Origin: Octopus sinensis
Lineage: Eukaryota
Length of the DNA stretch: 64,000 bases
Reading direction: 5' to 3'
NCBI RefSeq assembly: GCF_006345805.1
Contig: NC_043010.1
Coordinates: 13,330,001 to 13,394,000 of the forward strand
Below are positions 12,281 through 25,465 of the stretch, piece after piece; position 1 is the stretch's first letter; each line of letters opens with the position of its first letter. A model generated the notes under the pieces. It saw nothing but the letters and a program-made list of their open reading frames with translations, was not told the origin of the DNA and searched no databases. Both the position numbers and the translations under genes were made by a program.

Positions 12281-13284
12281 TGCATAAGCAGTGAATTTCA
12301 CGTTTATGCAATTAACCAAGGAATCTTGTTAATTAATTCTTGACTGGGTTCAAGCTATTCACTTCAGCAAACCATTTCTTTAAATCAAACCATTTATTCA
12401 AAAACACCCATTTTGTTTACACATGATACCTCATTTCAACATGGTAAGGCTAAGGTGAATATAATGGCCTCAACAACATAGCTCAATGCCACTGATGGAA
12501 AACAAATCAAAAAAATCAATACTTTATTCAATCACCTATATAGATCTAACTGCAGAAAAAAGACTACACTTTCAATTCATACTCTAAATAAAATTGTCTT
12601 GATGATATTTTTGTTGCATTTATTTTATTATTACTGTTATTATTTTTTAATTGAACCTGGATTAAGTTGATCTGAAATTGCTGCATAGTGGTGAACTGGT
12701 TTACTGGGTTTGAAACTTATCAAGGATCAATTAGATTTTCATTGCTCCAAGGTCAATAAAATATATTTTATCAAAATACAGAGAAACATATTTATTACTA
12801 AACCATTACCATGGGGATTGTAGACATCTCTAAAACAGTTGATTTGGGATTTTTTATCTAGTCAACAAGGATTGATTGGACACAATCAATAGAACCTGAT
12901 CTAATCTGACTTAAACCCTTGATGGAAAATTACCAATATTATTATTTATTAGTAGTAAAAATGTTATTCCATTGAAAAAGGGGTTTATTTTTTTAATTTG
13001 TTGTATCACCTTGTAAATTCTTCTATTACTTCCCATCTAGGACTTCCTTAACTGCAACTAGACCTCATGGGCTAAAAGCACATTCTTTCTACCAGATAAT
13101 GAAGAAGATGGTGCAAGAAGGAGGTCATCAGTTTCAACTTACCACTATGGAACTATGGCATTAGTTAAAGAGCAGATGTGCAACTTGCTTCATTTCTGTA
13201 ACAGAACAGAATTCATGAAGATATCAACACTTTAATAGAAAGCGAAGGAATATCATTTAAAAATATCTCCCAACTTTGCCCCTT

Positions 13285-13322
<38 letters not shown>

Positions 13323-13619
13323 AGTACCTATCCCTTTCTATTTTGCTTACCTTCTGGGAATCTATCATTGTATATGAGTGGCTTTCTTTCTCCTTTCCAC
13401 ATGCAAGTATGAAGTTAAATGTTTATGGAGGACAAAAGAGATGGACTTAATGCTGGGACAGTTATTCTGCCTTTAATCCCAGATTGGTCAAATGTGTCAG
13501 TGAAATGGAGAATAAGAAAAAGCTGCAACAAGGAACTGAAACTGGATGATTTGATGCAATTTGCCAGTTTACTTATCTTCTAGGGAGAGTATATGCAACA
13601 AAAAAAGAAAAAAAAAAAG

Positions 13620-13800
13620 AAAAGACGTAGACAGGTGGTGTACAAAACAAACAGATGTATTAGTATAACACTCAGGAATAGAAAAAGTCTTTTACGTTTC
13701 GAGCCTATGCTCTTCTACAGAAAGGGACACAGAAAAAACGAGAGAAACAAGGAGAGAAAAAAATGTGTGTAGTGGTTAACGACCTATCATGGCGACTTAT
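13620..13800 (-). mobile_element. Penelope-like terminal-repeat fragment with hammerhead-like motif (homolog at 56440-56690 +)
   Basis: GAAGAGCrTAGGCTCGAAAyGTAAAAGAC block and flanks shared with the 56.5 kb copy. Confidence 0.6.
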
Positions 13801-14810
13801 CTTCTACCCTGTAGTACACATCTCTACCAAACATTATGGGATGCTTAAAGATACATATATCATATCTCCAGCTCTATTATTAAGTGCAACAGTAATCAAT
13901 CTTAATGAGGGTGCACGGCCTAATGTATATAGATTGCTGCGTTCACAACTGCGAGATTATGGTTTCAATTCCTGGACCGGGCAATACTTTGTGTTCTTGA
14001 GCAAAACATTTTGTCTCACATTGGTCTGCAATGCTTCAACATCTGACATGTGGAACACCATGCAATCTATTCAGGCTGTGTTGATTTGATGGTGGGAGGA
14101 AGTGAGCTTCTGTACAACACAAACTTTTGACCGCTACAAACGAATCACCTGTGCAGGTTGTCCAGCAAGAAATTGCAGAATCATCTTTCCTTGGACTTGA
14201 GCGACGACCAAGAAGAAGAAGAAGAAGTTAACCTTACTTCTCCCTCACAGATGATACGTGTTTTAGTAATCACCCAATCCATTGATCTCTTATGAAAGAC
14301 AAATTTGTGCTCATCTCGTTAACAAAACATTTGTTTACCTTATTTGTCTTCTCTTATGAATTAGAACTTTTTGGATTCTTGGGGGGTTTTTTTCTCGTGG
14401 CTTTGAAGAAAAAGAGCATTGCTGATGATCCTTTTTCAGGGCTTCCATGACTGGTTGATAGAAGTAATGAAGTTATCTTAAGAGCAAAGGTGACCTATTC
14501 TGAAGGCTTGTAACAGAATGTACTCTGTTAAACCACACGAGAACCAGGTGTGGTGTTAAACACGGTGACACACCAAGAACACATTCATCAATGGATGCCA
14601 TAATAATTCACCAGGCTATTTCCAGCTATGCATTCAGAAAATGTGCTAGAGGAGAAACCATTTACTTCTGTTTCAAAATATAAGAAGTGTTACATTTATA
14701 TTCATGTTTTTTAAAATTATTTGACCAAAATAAAAGGTTGCTGTGTCCATGGCCTTCACACAGGTGAAGTCCCTCCAATACTTCTACATTGAGCATTCCA
14801 GATAGTTAAG

Positions 14811-15044
14811 TATGAGGGGGGGCGTGCTGAAAAGTTCCTGACTTTAAGGTATTGCAAAAGGCCTGGCTGGAGGCCCAACCATCCAAGTTCTTTTACAGGG
14901 TTTAGTAAAAATGAAGGACTGCTGCCATCAGTGTGCCATAAGTGCCATAATCTGGGAGAGGAATATGTTGGATAAACTCATAATTAACTCATCCTCCTGT
15001 AATTTCTTTTGCCCAAAGCCAGGAACTTTTCAGCACCCCTCATA
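14811..15044. mobile_element. Mariner-type MITE with TIRs and TA target duplication
   Basis: TATGAGGGG..GTGCTGAAAAGTTCCTGACTTT at the left end versus AAAGCCAGGAACTTTTCAGCACCCCTCATA at the right end. Confidence 0.85.
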
Positions 15045-15207
15045 AGTAAGATGCCAGAGCAGTTTGTATCTAATGCTTCAGTATTGTGCCGCAGTTATGG
15101 GGGAAAACACTTATCCCTCAAAGGCTCAATTCATGTTATTTTTTAATGGATATCATAGAGCTTGCTATAAAGAGTAGGAGAAATGTTGTTTTCTTATAAT
15201 TATTGTT

Positions 15208-15548
15208 TCTCTCACTCTTTCTTCCTGTTTCTGTTGTACCTGTATTTCAAAGGGGCCAGCCTTGTCACACTCTCTGTCACGGTGAATCTCCCCGAGAACT
15301 ACGTTAAGGGTACACGTGTCTGTGGAGTGCTCAGCCACTTGCATGTTAATAAATAAGCTGTGACGTCACTGGTGCCAAGCTGTATCGAGCCCTTTGCCTT
15401 TCCCTTGGATAACATCAGTGGTGTGGAAAGGAGAGGCTGGTATGCATGGGCGACTGCTGGTCTTCCATAAACAACCTTGCCCAGACTTGTGCCTGGGAGG
15501 GTAACTTTCTAGGTGCAATCCCATGGTCATTCATGACCAAAGGGGCTC
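15208..15548 (+). mobile_element. Composite SINE remnant: family C body joined to family G tail (family G copy at 46690-47010 +)
   Basis: 15208-15350 matches the 6.3 kb copy; 15370-15548 matches the 46.85-46.99 kb tail (GGTGCCAAGCTGTATC...CTAGGTGCAATC). Confidence 0.75.
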
Positions 15549-15884
15549 ACAATCACACAATCAATTGTTGTTGTTATTTCTATTTAGCTGATTTATAATC
15601 AAAGTTATTCCAGTAATGGTCGTCCAGTCTAATTTTTCAGCCATAGTATATCAATGACTACACAATCCAATATGTCTAGCAAAATAAGTGACCACTTATA
15701 GATAGATACCCTCCTTCTAAAATTCATTCGTTCCTCTTTGATGTCTCATTAGTTTGCAGTTCAGTTACGCATATAAGTACAAATTGTAGATAGATGTGTT
15801 AATGAGTTCCACCATGTTCACTTGTCCTACACACACTGACAACACCAAACTGCAGTATTCAGTGATGCAACAATGACAAAAGTG

Positions 15885-16108
15885 TTATGGGACATGCAAC
15901 TGCTGTCTATAAAACTGGCTGATCTGGAACCCAACCTAGGCCCCCCATATCTACGGTGTTCGCTGCTGGAATAAGGAGTGGTTGGAGATCACGCGGTCGT
16001 TAGCCTCAAATCACCAGGCCTGGTCGGCGTTTGTGAGAGATGCAGCATTGAGGATGAATGAAGCCAGCTCAACCCACCCCAGGTGAATGCTGTCTCAAGT
16101 CAAGTCTA
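15885..16108 (+). mobile_element. 3' end of an RTE-type LINE
   Basis: Reads ...ADLEPNLGPPYLRCSLLE, then in another frame RCWNKEWLEITRSLASNHQAWSAFVRDAALRMNEASSTHPR*; tail TCAAGTCAAGTC. Confidence 0.7.
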
Positions 16109-16392
16109 TAAAACTACATTTACAAAAAAATAAATTGAATATTAACTGGCAATTTTTACATAACTTATGCTGATGTCTGCATGGTGAGTGCACACATGCA
16201 TGTGTATGCATGAGAATGTGTATGTGTATGCATCTGTTGGTTGAGAATGTAATGTTTCAGTAATTCAAAGTTTATGAGTAACTTGGCTGAATATAAGTTA
16301 AGAAGACGAAGACAATTGTCTATATTTCTGAAATTCGCTATTGCTACAGTCGTGTGTAATTATCAAACCCATACACTTCATATTTTTGTTCA

Positions 16393-16653
16393 ACTCCTTT
16401 TGTTAACAAATTTCTCTTGAAATATATTGCCATTGCTTTAATTAATTTTGAAAATAATGAAGAATTTAGTAAAATAATTTTGTCATTCTTTAGATGGTGT
16501 TTGGAATATAATTAACTTGAAATTTTGATGAAAGGTTTAATACAAATCACTAAAAAACAGTAAGTTTTTATCATACAACCAAATCACTAAAAGCAGGAAG
16601 TTTTTACCACAGAACCAAAATCAGTCTCTGGCAGGTTGGTACCAAAAGACTTA
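16393..16653. mobile_element. Degenerate piggyBac-like MITE
   Basis: Ends resemble TTAA|CCCTTTyGTTAC...GGTAmCAAAAGrG|TTAA; a related 5' half lies at 11640-11750. Confidence 0.45.
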
Positions 16654-16929
16654 AGGTCTTCAACAAGAGTCTAATTTTCAGAACAAATAACAAGGTTCTT
16701 GCAAAATAGGGACCCAAATCTGCATTTATCAAGGTCACTGTTATTACTTTTTGTGACGGTACCTGTTAATCCTTGATGGTGTATAAATAAATCATTGGTA
16801 GAACAGAATGACTATTTTAAGATGGTGGTCTTGATTATTTTTGTATTTCTAAATATATTTTTTTCTTTTTGTTTATATGTTTCTGGTATATCTTCTGGAA
16901 CAACATTTACCATTTATATTTTGTTTGCT

Positions 16930-17280
16930 CACATCATTGGACTGCAGCCATGCTAGGGCACTGCTTTGAACAAATTGACTCCATTACTTATTTCTTAAGT
17001 CTAGTACTTAGTCTGTTAGTCTCCTTTTTGCTTGACCACTACGTTACATGAATGTAAACAAACCAACACAAGTTGTCAAATGTTTATGGTAGTAGAGAAC
17101 ACTGATACAAAACACACACACACATGTGTAATATGCTTCCACACTGTTTCCACTAACCAAATTCACTCACTGGCCATACGGGGGCTATGCTAGAAAATAC
17201 CTGCCCAAGGTGCCACACAGTGGGACTGAACCAGACACCACATAATATCAAAGTAAACTTGTTCATCACACAGCCATGCT
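16930..17280 (-). mobile_element. SINE family A, old degenerate copy
   Basis: TGCCCAAGGTGCCACACAGTGGGACTGAACC head and GCAGCCATGCTAG tail. Confidence 0.7.
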
Positions 17281-17392
17281 TCACAAAAGCTATCCATAAC
17301 ATTCAATTAAGAATGAACTTGAAAATTTTTATTTCTCACCCAAAGTTTCAACACCTTTTATTTTTATCTGCGGTGTTAGAATCCTTGTAGAT

Positions 17393-17760
17393 CAGTGATT
17401 CTTAACCAGGGTCCACATGGGCCCCTGAGGGTCCATATAATATTTCTTTTGTGGGAAGTGGCAGAGTCCACATAGCAATACAGTAAATTAAAGATCCACA
17501 ATAGAATTTGAAGGGCCCCTGACAAAATTCTGCTTCAGATATATGTATTGGTATGTATTGCAAGAAACAGCTGGGTTTCTTTCTCTAACATTTTACATAG
17601 TTCAACCTACATAATTTAAAGTGTGAAAAACAAAATGGGAATTTTGAAAGAAGTCTCTATACAACTAGCTTTTAAACACTGAAAGGCTCTGGGGTCCACC
17701 AGAATAAAATGATAATGAAAGAGACCCATAGATACAAAACAAAAAGGTTGAGAATCCCCT
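17393..17760. mobile_element. hAT-like MITE
   Basis: Termini CAGTGATTCTTAACC...GGTTGAGAATCCCCT; same terminus type as 58812-59499. Confidence 0.55.
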
Positions 17761-17976
17761 ACTGTAGATGATGAGAGCAAAAAATATTTGATAGATCTTT
17801 ACCTGTTATAGTAATCTTGTGTCTCCTGAAATTCGCCAACACTACACCTGATATTCTCTGCTCCATATTCATGCACACAGGTATATCATGACTCATACAC
17901 TGTTCACTTTTCTGACTTTTATACATGCACCTTTGATGAGTTGTAGTGCACCTGAACACTATACACAATAATTTCA

Positions 17977-18029
<53 letters not shown>

Positions 18030-18119
18030 TTTAACATTGTAGATAGTAAAAAAAATGTTGAAACTCTTGGTTAGAAATAAAATTTCTGCTTTCATTCCTA
18101 ACTAAATGCTATAATAGAC

Positions 18120-18596
18120 ATGCTTGTGTGGTTAAACGTGTGTTTCCAATCCCATGGTTCTGGGTTCAGTCTCACTGCACAGTGGTACCTTGGGCAAGTG
18201 TCTTCTGCTATAGCCGCGGGCCTGCGAGTAGATTTAGTAAACGGAAATTGAAAGAAGCCCATTGTGTGTGTGTGTTTGTGTGTGTTTGTGTGTGTGTGTG
18301 TCTGTGTGTGTGTGTGTTTGTGTGTGTTTGTGTGTGTGGTGTGTGTCTGTGTGTCTGTGTGTTTGTGTGTGTGTGTGCACATCTTTGTGTCTGTGTTTGT
18401 CCTCCACCACTATTTGACATCTGGTGTTGGTGTATTTATGTCCCCACAACTCAGTGGTTCAGCAAAAGAAACTGATAGAATAAGTACTAGGCTTACAAAG
18501 CAAGTGCCAGGGGTCGATTCATTTGACTAAAGATTTTTCAATGCGGAGCCCCAGCATGGCCACAGTCTAATGACTGAGACTACTAAAAAAGAGAAA
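18120..18596 (+). mobile_element. SINE family A with expanded internal (TG)n
   Basis: Head, internal microsatellite and tail (GATAGAATAAGTACTAGGCTTACAAAG...CCAGCATGGCCACAGTC) all present. Confidence 0.85.
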
Positions 18597-20157
18597 AAAT
18601 AGAAGATATAAGTGAGGAAGTGTTGTTCCTTAATATAATCAGAACCATACTAAACGAAAATACATATTTAGAAATACAAAAATTATTTTCTACTCAAGGC
18701 ACAAGGTCCAAAATTTTTGGTGAAGGGACCAGTCGATTAGATCAATCCCAGTACGTAATTGATACTTAATTTATTGACTCTGAAAAGATGAAAGGCAAAG
18801 TCGACCTCGGCGGAATAGAAATACAAAAATTAAGATACCCATTGAGCAAAATTGCTTAATGAAAAATTAGGGGCCCATTTAGTAAACCCTAATAATTTGT
18901 TGTGTTCTGTATATCAAACTTTTATTGAATACCCGAAACATGTTAATATAATAAAATGCTTCATATTTTCTGACATACAAGTTGACATAGTATATAAGTT
19001 GAGGTGGGATTTTTGCAGTCAAAAATAATCAATGTTTAAGTTGATACTCATCATATAAGTAGACTCCCCCCCCTCTCCATTTTGTCCTGAATAACCACTC
19101 TACCAGAGATTTTTTCGTTGCAGGTACATTCCTTTGACTGTAAATTTCTTGTCTGAAAAATTCAACTTACATGCCAGAAAATATGGTAAATCTTCTTGAT
19201 CTAAATGGTTGAATTAAAATATGTGCATCAAGTGAAAGATGTAATGTCCTTGAAATTGTTGTTTTGTATACCCTTAATGGTGATTCCAATACCATTTTCC
19301 AGACAGTTCTATAAATAATTCATATTTATTATGGTCTGTACCAGTTATTTACCTCTTTCTAACCAGGATGATATTCATAAATTTAATTTCTCAGCCACAA
19401 ATACTATAATATATCAGCATATAATATATACTATAGCATATCAGTATAGAGTTTATACTCCTGGATGTCAGTATATGATATCTGAGCATACAGTATATAT
19501 TATATCAACATATATCATAAACTATATCAGTATATGGTATATATTGCAGTACATTAGTATCTATTAAATACAAATACAGTGTATTGTATAGTGTATTTTT
19601 ATTCATATATAGTATATGCTATCATATATCAATATAGTATATACTATAGAGTATTGTATATACAGTAGTAAATCAGCATGCAGAACATACCATACTATTT
19701 CAGTACATAGTGTATTGAAAAGATAATTGATCAAATGTTCTTCCCAGTCCATAATCCTGCTTTTCAGATTCTGTGATAAAAATATCCACTGAATGGGACT
19801 CTGGTCTTTTGCAGGATTACTCGATTTTGCCAACTGAGTGGACTGGAGCAACATGAAATGAAGAGTTTTGCTTAAGAACACAATGCATCACTTGTTCCAG
19901 AAATCGAAACCACAATCTTACAATCATGAGCACAACACCTTACCCACTAAGCCATGCATCTCCAAGTATATTGTTTATACTATAGTACGTGTTACTATAT
20001 ATTAGTATACAGCATATACTATAGTATATATTAGTGTACATTATTATAAAGTAAATACTATGATGTATCAGCATACATATATACTATAGTTTGTCAGTAT
20101 ATACTATATGCTATTATATATCTGTATATAGTTTACATACTACTATATCAGAATATA

Positions 20158-20440
20158 GTGGAGGCACATGGCCTAGTGGTTAGAGCAGCGGACTCATGGT
20201 CAAGGGATCGCGGGTTTGTGTGTGTTTATGAGTGACACACCTAAGCTCCATGCGGCTCTGGCAGAAGGTAATAGCGAACCTCTGCTAACTCTTTCGCCAC
20301 AACTTTCTCTCACTCTTTCCTCCTGCATCTTGCAGCTCACCTGCGATGGACCGGCGTCCCATCCAGGTGGGGAACCTATATGCCAAGGAAACCGGGAAAC
20401 CAGCCCTTATGAGCCAGGGATGGCTCAAGAAGGAACAAAA
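20158..20440 (+). mobile_element. tRNA-derived SINE family B (also 54135-54440 +, head only 51935-51980 +)
   Basis: GGCACATGGCCTAGTGGTTAGAGCAGCGGACTC A-box head; tail CCAGCCCTTATGAGCCAGG..GGCTCrAGAAGGAACAAA. Confidence 0.9.
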
Positions 20441-21781
20441 ATATCAGTGTATAAGTAATTCCACTCATTTCTACTTCATTAGTTTGACAATGTATTTCTT
20501 TCAATGGAATTCTTTTCCTATCTACTACACTATGTTGCAAGGGGTTGGGTGGATTTAGAAATTCAAAGATTTACTTTTTTTCTTTTTTTAAAGAAAAAGC
20601 TTCTTTATTGCTGAAATTAGACTAAACTGATTGAGGTAAACAGATTGAGAAGACAACTTTCTTCTCAACCCAGAAGTACAAACACAAACTAGTTAGGTTT
20701 GAACTTCAGTCTATAAGGTCAGCCATTACAATTAGTCCAAAATTCAGAAATCTTGCTATTCAGAACTAAGACTGAAGATTGCACTATTGAGGGATTAAAA
20801 GGATTTAGCTAATCTCAAACAGAATTGAACTTTCCAATGAGTCTAGACCTTGTCTTTCCAAACTGTATTCTATAAAAAGCCTTTTTTTTTTATATTTATA
20901 TGTCAAATATAAATCTGTTTATATTTTATACAAATCATTTGTTTACATTCATTTCATCAATGGTGGAATTCATCAGCAACTTAGGGTGAGATGTATGATA
21001 ACTCATTTAAAAAAACTCGCATGGATAATGGATAACCCAATCTTTTTAGAGTCAATACAAATAACAGAATCTATTCTCAGTAGAAGCACTAGGTAACAAA
21101 TTACACACACACACACACACACACATAGGTGCAGGCATGGCTGTGTGGTAAGAAGGTTGTTTCCCAACCACACTTTGTGGTGGGGAAACAACCACAAATG
21201 GTGCTATTCCCTCAATATCATATTAGTTGCAAATTTTTTTCTTTTTCCCAGAATGGTTTCATGGGAATTTTTTGCTTTGTTTATTTATTTATATATTTAT
21301 TACTTATAATTATTTTTTTTCTTTTAAATAAATGGAAATGTATGTACATATGTGTACATGTGTGGGGATGGGCACTCACACACACATACACACATGTATA
21401 CACACATATCTGTACAAGCTTCATCTATAATATACAATTCCTGTACCTTAGTAAAGAATGATTATCTAATGTACCTTCCGATAACTTTGGTAATTATATT
21501 AGGCCTAATTAGTTTGATATTTACTTCTAAACTCGCATCCAAGAAAACACAGGTAGCTTACTGGCTACCTGCTGTTAGCTGCAATTAATTACATTTTTGA
21601 GAGCAGGAATTCTGGAATGCATTGGTAATACACCGTAATGCTAGTTCGAACAATTTTTGTGTCAGAATGATATCTATTATTTTCTATGTTTCAAGCTATC
21701 TTTATTATGATGCAGGATAACTCTACATTCTACAGCATAGAGAAGCAGTTTTCATCAATTAGAAACAGGTGATACTCTATC

Positions 21782-22060
21782 ATCATCCTCATCATCATCA
21801 TCATTATCGTTTAACGTCCGTTTTCCGTGCAAGTATGGGTTGGACGGTTCAACCAGGATCTGGGAAGCCAGTAGGCTGCACCAGGCTCCAGTCTGATCTG
21901 GCAGTGTTTCTACAGCTGAATGGTCTTCCTAATGCCAACCACTCCGTGAGTGTAGTGGGTGCTTTTTACGTGCCACCGGCATAGGTGCCAGGGGAGGCTG
22001 GCATTGGCCATGATCGGTTGGTGCTTTTTATGTGCCACCGGCACAGAAGCCAGTCAAGAA
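21782..22060 (-). mobile_element. RTE-tail-related short retroposon, family E (also 3700-3890 +, 6770-6930 -, 35705-35930 -, 39633-39830 -, 43845-44140 -, 45325-45695 +, 62470-62680 +)
   Basis: Conserved GTGGTTGGCATTAGGAAGGGCATCCAGC...AACGGACGTTAAACGATGATGATG with (ATG)n tail. Confidence 0.85.
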
Positions 22061-22457
22061 CAAATATAAAAAGTGCACGGGTACTATTTGATAACTATAC
22101 CCCCGGGGTTAAATGCTATATTTGCAGCTTTCTTTAACAAAAATATCAAGGTAAGAAATTTGAAGGAAACTATAAAAATTTCGGGTTATTTGTATGACAG
22201 TAATGATAAATTTTGCTAATATTATAATTAATTCATCAGATTCTATAAAAATTAATTTTTTTTTAAATGGGGCTGTTTGCAGCAAAAATACTTTTTTAGT
22301 AATGGAAATAAATGCAAATGAAAGAAATATTTGGTATGTATATATGTGTTTATATATGCATACATGTATGTGTCTGTGTGTGTGTATGTCTGTATATATA
22401 TGTATAGCTATATATATGTGAGTGTGTGTGCATACATATAAATACATACATATGTTT

Positions 22458-22504
<47 letters not shown>

Positions 22505-22578
22505 AACACTCACACATATATATATATATATATACAATTGTCTGTGTGTGTGTGTGTCTATATATATATATGTATAGC

Positions 22579-22618
<40 letters not shown>

Positions 22619-22712
22619 CATGCATATAAATACATACATATGTTTGTATGTGTGTGTATATATATATATATATGCACAAACACTCATATATATATATATA
22701 CAATTGTGTGTA

Positions 22713-22763
<51 letters not shown>

Positions 22764-22837
22764 ATGCGTGTGATGTTAACATTTGTTATATATTGGGGGT
22801 AGGTCAGCTTTTTTTAGCAACAGGTTGTGACTCTTAC

Positions 22838-22921
22838 CTTGTGTCCATTCAATGGAAACCTCTCTGCTTCCTCTTCCCCATCCTGATGAGGGCTACAGTC
22901 GATGATACGGAGAATTTCCAT
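22838..22921 (-). CDS. Candidate first coding exon (ATG to donor), copy 1
   Basis: AAAAATGG start context, upstream in-frame stops, MEILRIIDCSPHQDGEEEAERFPLNGHK, phase-0 AAG|GTAAGA donor; possible AAG acceptor at 22969. Confidence 0.45.
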
Positions 22922-23778
22922 TTTTTATTCCGTCCCTCATCCGACCAGAACTTAATCCCATCATTATCCTTGCAAGAAAAACGTGTGTTGAACCATTAAA
23001 TAATTAGTCCAGATTCACCGAAAAGCTTGAGGTCAAACGCACTTTGTTGCAACTTATTAGACACACACAGTGTTACACAAACCTACATGACAATCCTCTT
23101 CAAAGTGAAGGTCATCAGTTATGGCTAAAATCTTTACATAGCAACATTAACTACTTCCTGGATTTAAGTGGACAGATTAAATCAAAAAAAATTTTTCATT
23201 ACATACAGAAATATCGTTGTTGTCATGCTTAAATCGGCGGAACATCCTGCATAAACAAAAATGGTGCTATTCCCTCAATATCATATTAGTTGCAAATTTT
23301 TTTTCTTTTTCCCAGAATGGTTTCATGGGAATTTTTTGCTTTGTTTATTTATTTATATATTTATTACTTATAATTATTATTTTTTTCTTTTAAATAAAAT
23401 TAGTGTACCCTTATAACAATAAGACCCAAGTCACAAGAATATTCTTGCATAACAATATTGATTAAAGCAAGAATTGGCAACCTTTTCTAATTATAAGCAA
23501 TTTTTTTTTTTTACATCTAATTAACCACACAAGACCATTTATAACATACAATGCAATTTACTTGATCTTCCTTCATAAAATAGACACACCATTTGTATTG
23601 AATTCTGAATAGATCTTTAATAAATTCATGTTTTGTGTAAAAGCAATACATGAGCTAATATATAAATGTGTGTGTGTGTGGTGTGTGTGTGTGTGTGTGT
23701 GTGCATGCGTGTGATGTTAACATTTGTTATATATTGGGGGTAGGTCAGCTTTTTTTAGCAACAGGTTGTGACTCTTAC

Positions 23779-23862
23779 CTTGTGTCCATTCAATGGAAAC
23801 CTCTCTGCTTCCTCTTCCCCATCCTGATGAGGGCTACAGTCGATGATACGGAGAATTTCCAT
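23779..23862 (-). CDS. Candidate first coding exon, duplicated copy 2
   Basis: Same sequence as 22838-22921, inside the second 941-bp unit. Confidence 0.35.
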
Positions 23863-24954
23863 TTTTTATTCCGTCCCTCATCCGACCAGAACTTAATCCC
23901 ATCATTATCCTTGCAAGAAAAACGTGTGTTGAACCATAAATAATTAGTCCAGATTCACCGAAAAGCTTGAGGTCAAACGCACTTTGTTGCAACTTATTAG
24001 ACACACACAGTGTTACACAAACCTACATGACAATCCTCTTCAAAGTGAAGGTCATCAGTTATGGCTAAAATCTTACATAGCAACATTAACTACTTCTGGA
24101 TTTAAGTGGACAGATTAAATCAAAAAAAATTTTTCATTACATACAGAAATATCGTTGTTGTCATGCTTAAATCGGCGGAACATCCTGCATAAACAAAAAT
24201 GGTGCTATTCCCTCAATATCATATTAGTTGCAAATTTTTTTTCTTTTTCCCAGAATGGTTCATGGGAATTTTTTGCTTTGTTTATTTATTTATATATTTA
24301 TTACTTATAATTATATTTTTTTCTTTTAAATAAAATTAGTGTACCTTATAACAATAAGACCCAAGTCACAAGAATATTCTTGCATAACAATATTGATTAA
24401 AGCAAGAATTGGCAACCTTTTCTAATTATAAGCAATTTTTTTTTTTTACATCTAATTAACCACACAAGACCATTTATAACATACAATGCAATTTACTTGA
24501 TCTTCCTTCATAAAATAGACACACCATTTGTATTGAATTCTGAATAGATCTTTAATAAATTCATGTTTTGTGTAAAAGCAATACATGAGCTAATATATAA
24601 ATGTGTGTGTGTGTGTGTGTGTGTGTGTTGGTCAGAGAGAGAGAGAGAGAAAGGAAATAAAAAGTGTGTGAGTGTGTGTGTGTGTGTGAGAAAATGTGAG
24701 AGTATTTTGTGTATACACAAAATACATAATATTTATAAATATTACACATAACTACGTAAACTACAAATACAATATATCTAATTATATGTATGTATATATG
24801 TATATATATCAATATATATATGTATATACATATATCTATATATATAGATATATGTATATATGTATGTATGTGTATATATGTATATGCTTTCCCACTTATA
24901 CGCACATAGTTTTATACGCATTTATGTGCTTACTCTGCAAATGCATACATGTAC

Positions 24955-24997
<43 letters not shown>

Positions 24998-25322
24998 CAT
25001 ACAAACATACATATATAACACTATGTAATTATATATATGCATATCATATATATACACACATGCACACACAACACACACACAGTTACACGCAAACATGCCC
25101 ATATCCCAACATCGATATATGAATCAATTATAAAAATATACGGAGATTTAAATACACACACACACACGCACGCATACACCATCCTCCTCCTCATCATCAT
25201 CATCATCATAAAAGATTATATATAAATATATATATATATATATATGCGTATATATATATAATATAAATATATTATGCGTATATATATATATTATATATAT
25301 ATATAAATAAATATATATATGC

Positions 25323-25364
<42 letters not shown>

Positions 25365-25430
25365 TATGCGTATATATATATATATATATAAATATATATA
25401 TGCGTATATATATATAAATATATATATGCG

Positions 25431-25465
<35 letters not shown>

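Larger units (their letters stand above)
22761..24630. repeat. Tandem duplication of a 941-bp unique segment
   Basis: TGCATGCGTGTGATGTTAAC starts at 22761 and again at 23702; both copies end ...GAGCTAATATATAAATGTGTG; the differences I noticed are single-base indels in short runs. Confidence 0.97.

Noticed and set aside
13147-13199. Minus-strand AG...GTAAGT-bounded 53-nt segment
   Set aside because: Stops in all three frames; could only be non-coding.
14500-14670. SIDECVLGVSPC resembling a calcium-binding EGF start
   Set aside because: The remaining EGF cysteines are absent in frame; probably chance.
17800-17955. Open segments with splice-like ends on both strands (CTTTHQRC... on minus; ILCLLKFANTTP... 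on plus)
   Set aside because: No recognisable homology, and the two strands give conflicting candidates.
19124-19310. Plus-strand 62-nt candidate exon YIPLTVNFLSEKFNLHARKY and an overlapping minus-strand 138-nt open segment
   Set aside because: Splice signals are plausible, but I cannot recognise either peptide or link it to neighbours; needs RNA-seq.
20158-20230. tRNA gene call for A-box/B-box-containing heads (also 6660-6731, 48870-48930)
   Set aside because: They continue into SINE bodies and lack a complete cloverleaf; these are tRNA-derived SINE heads.
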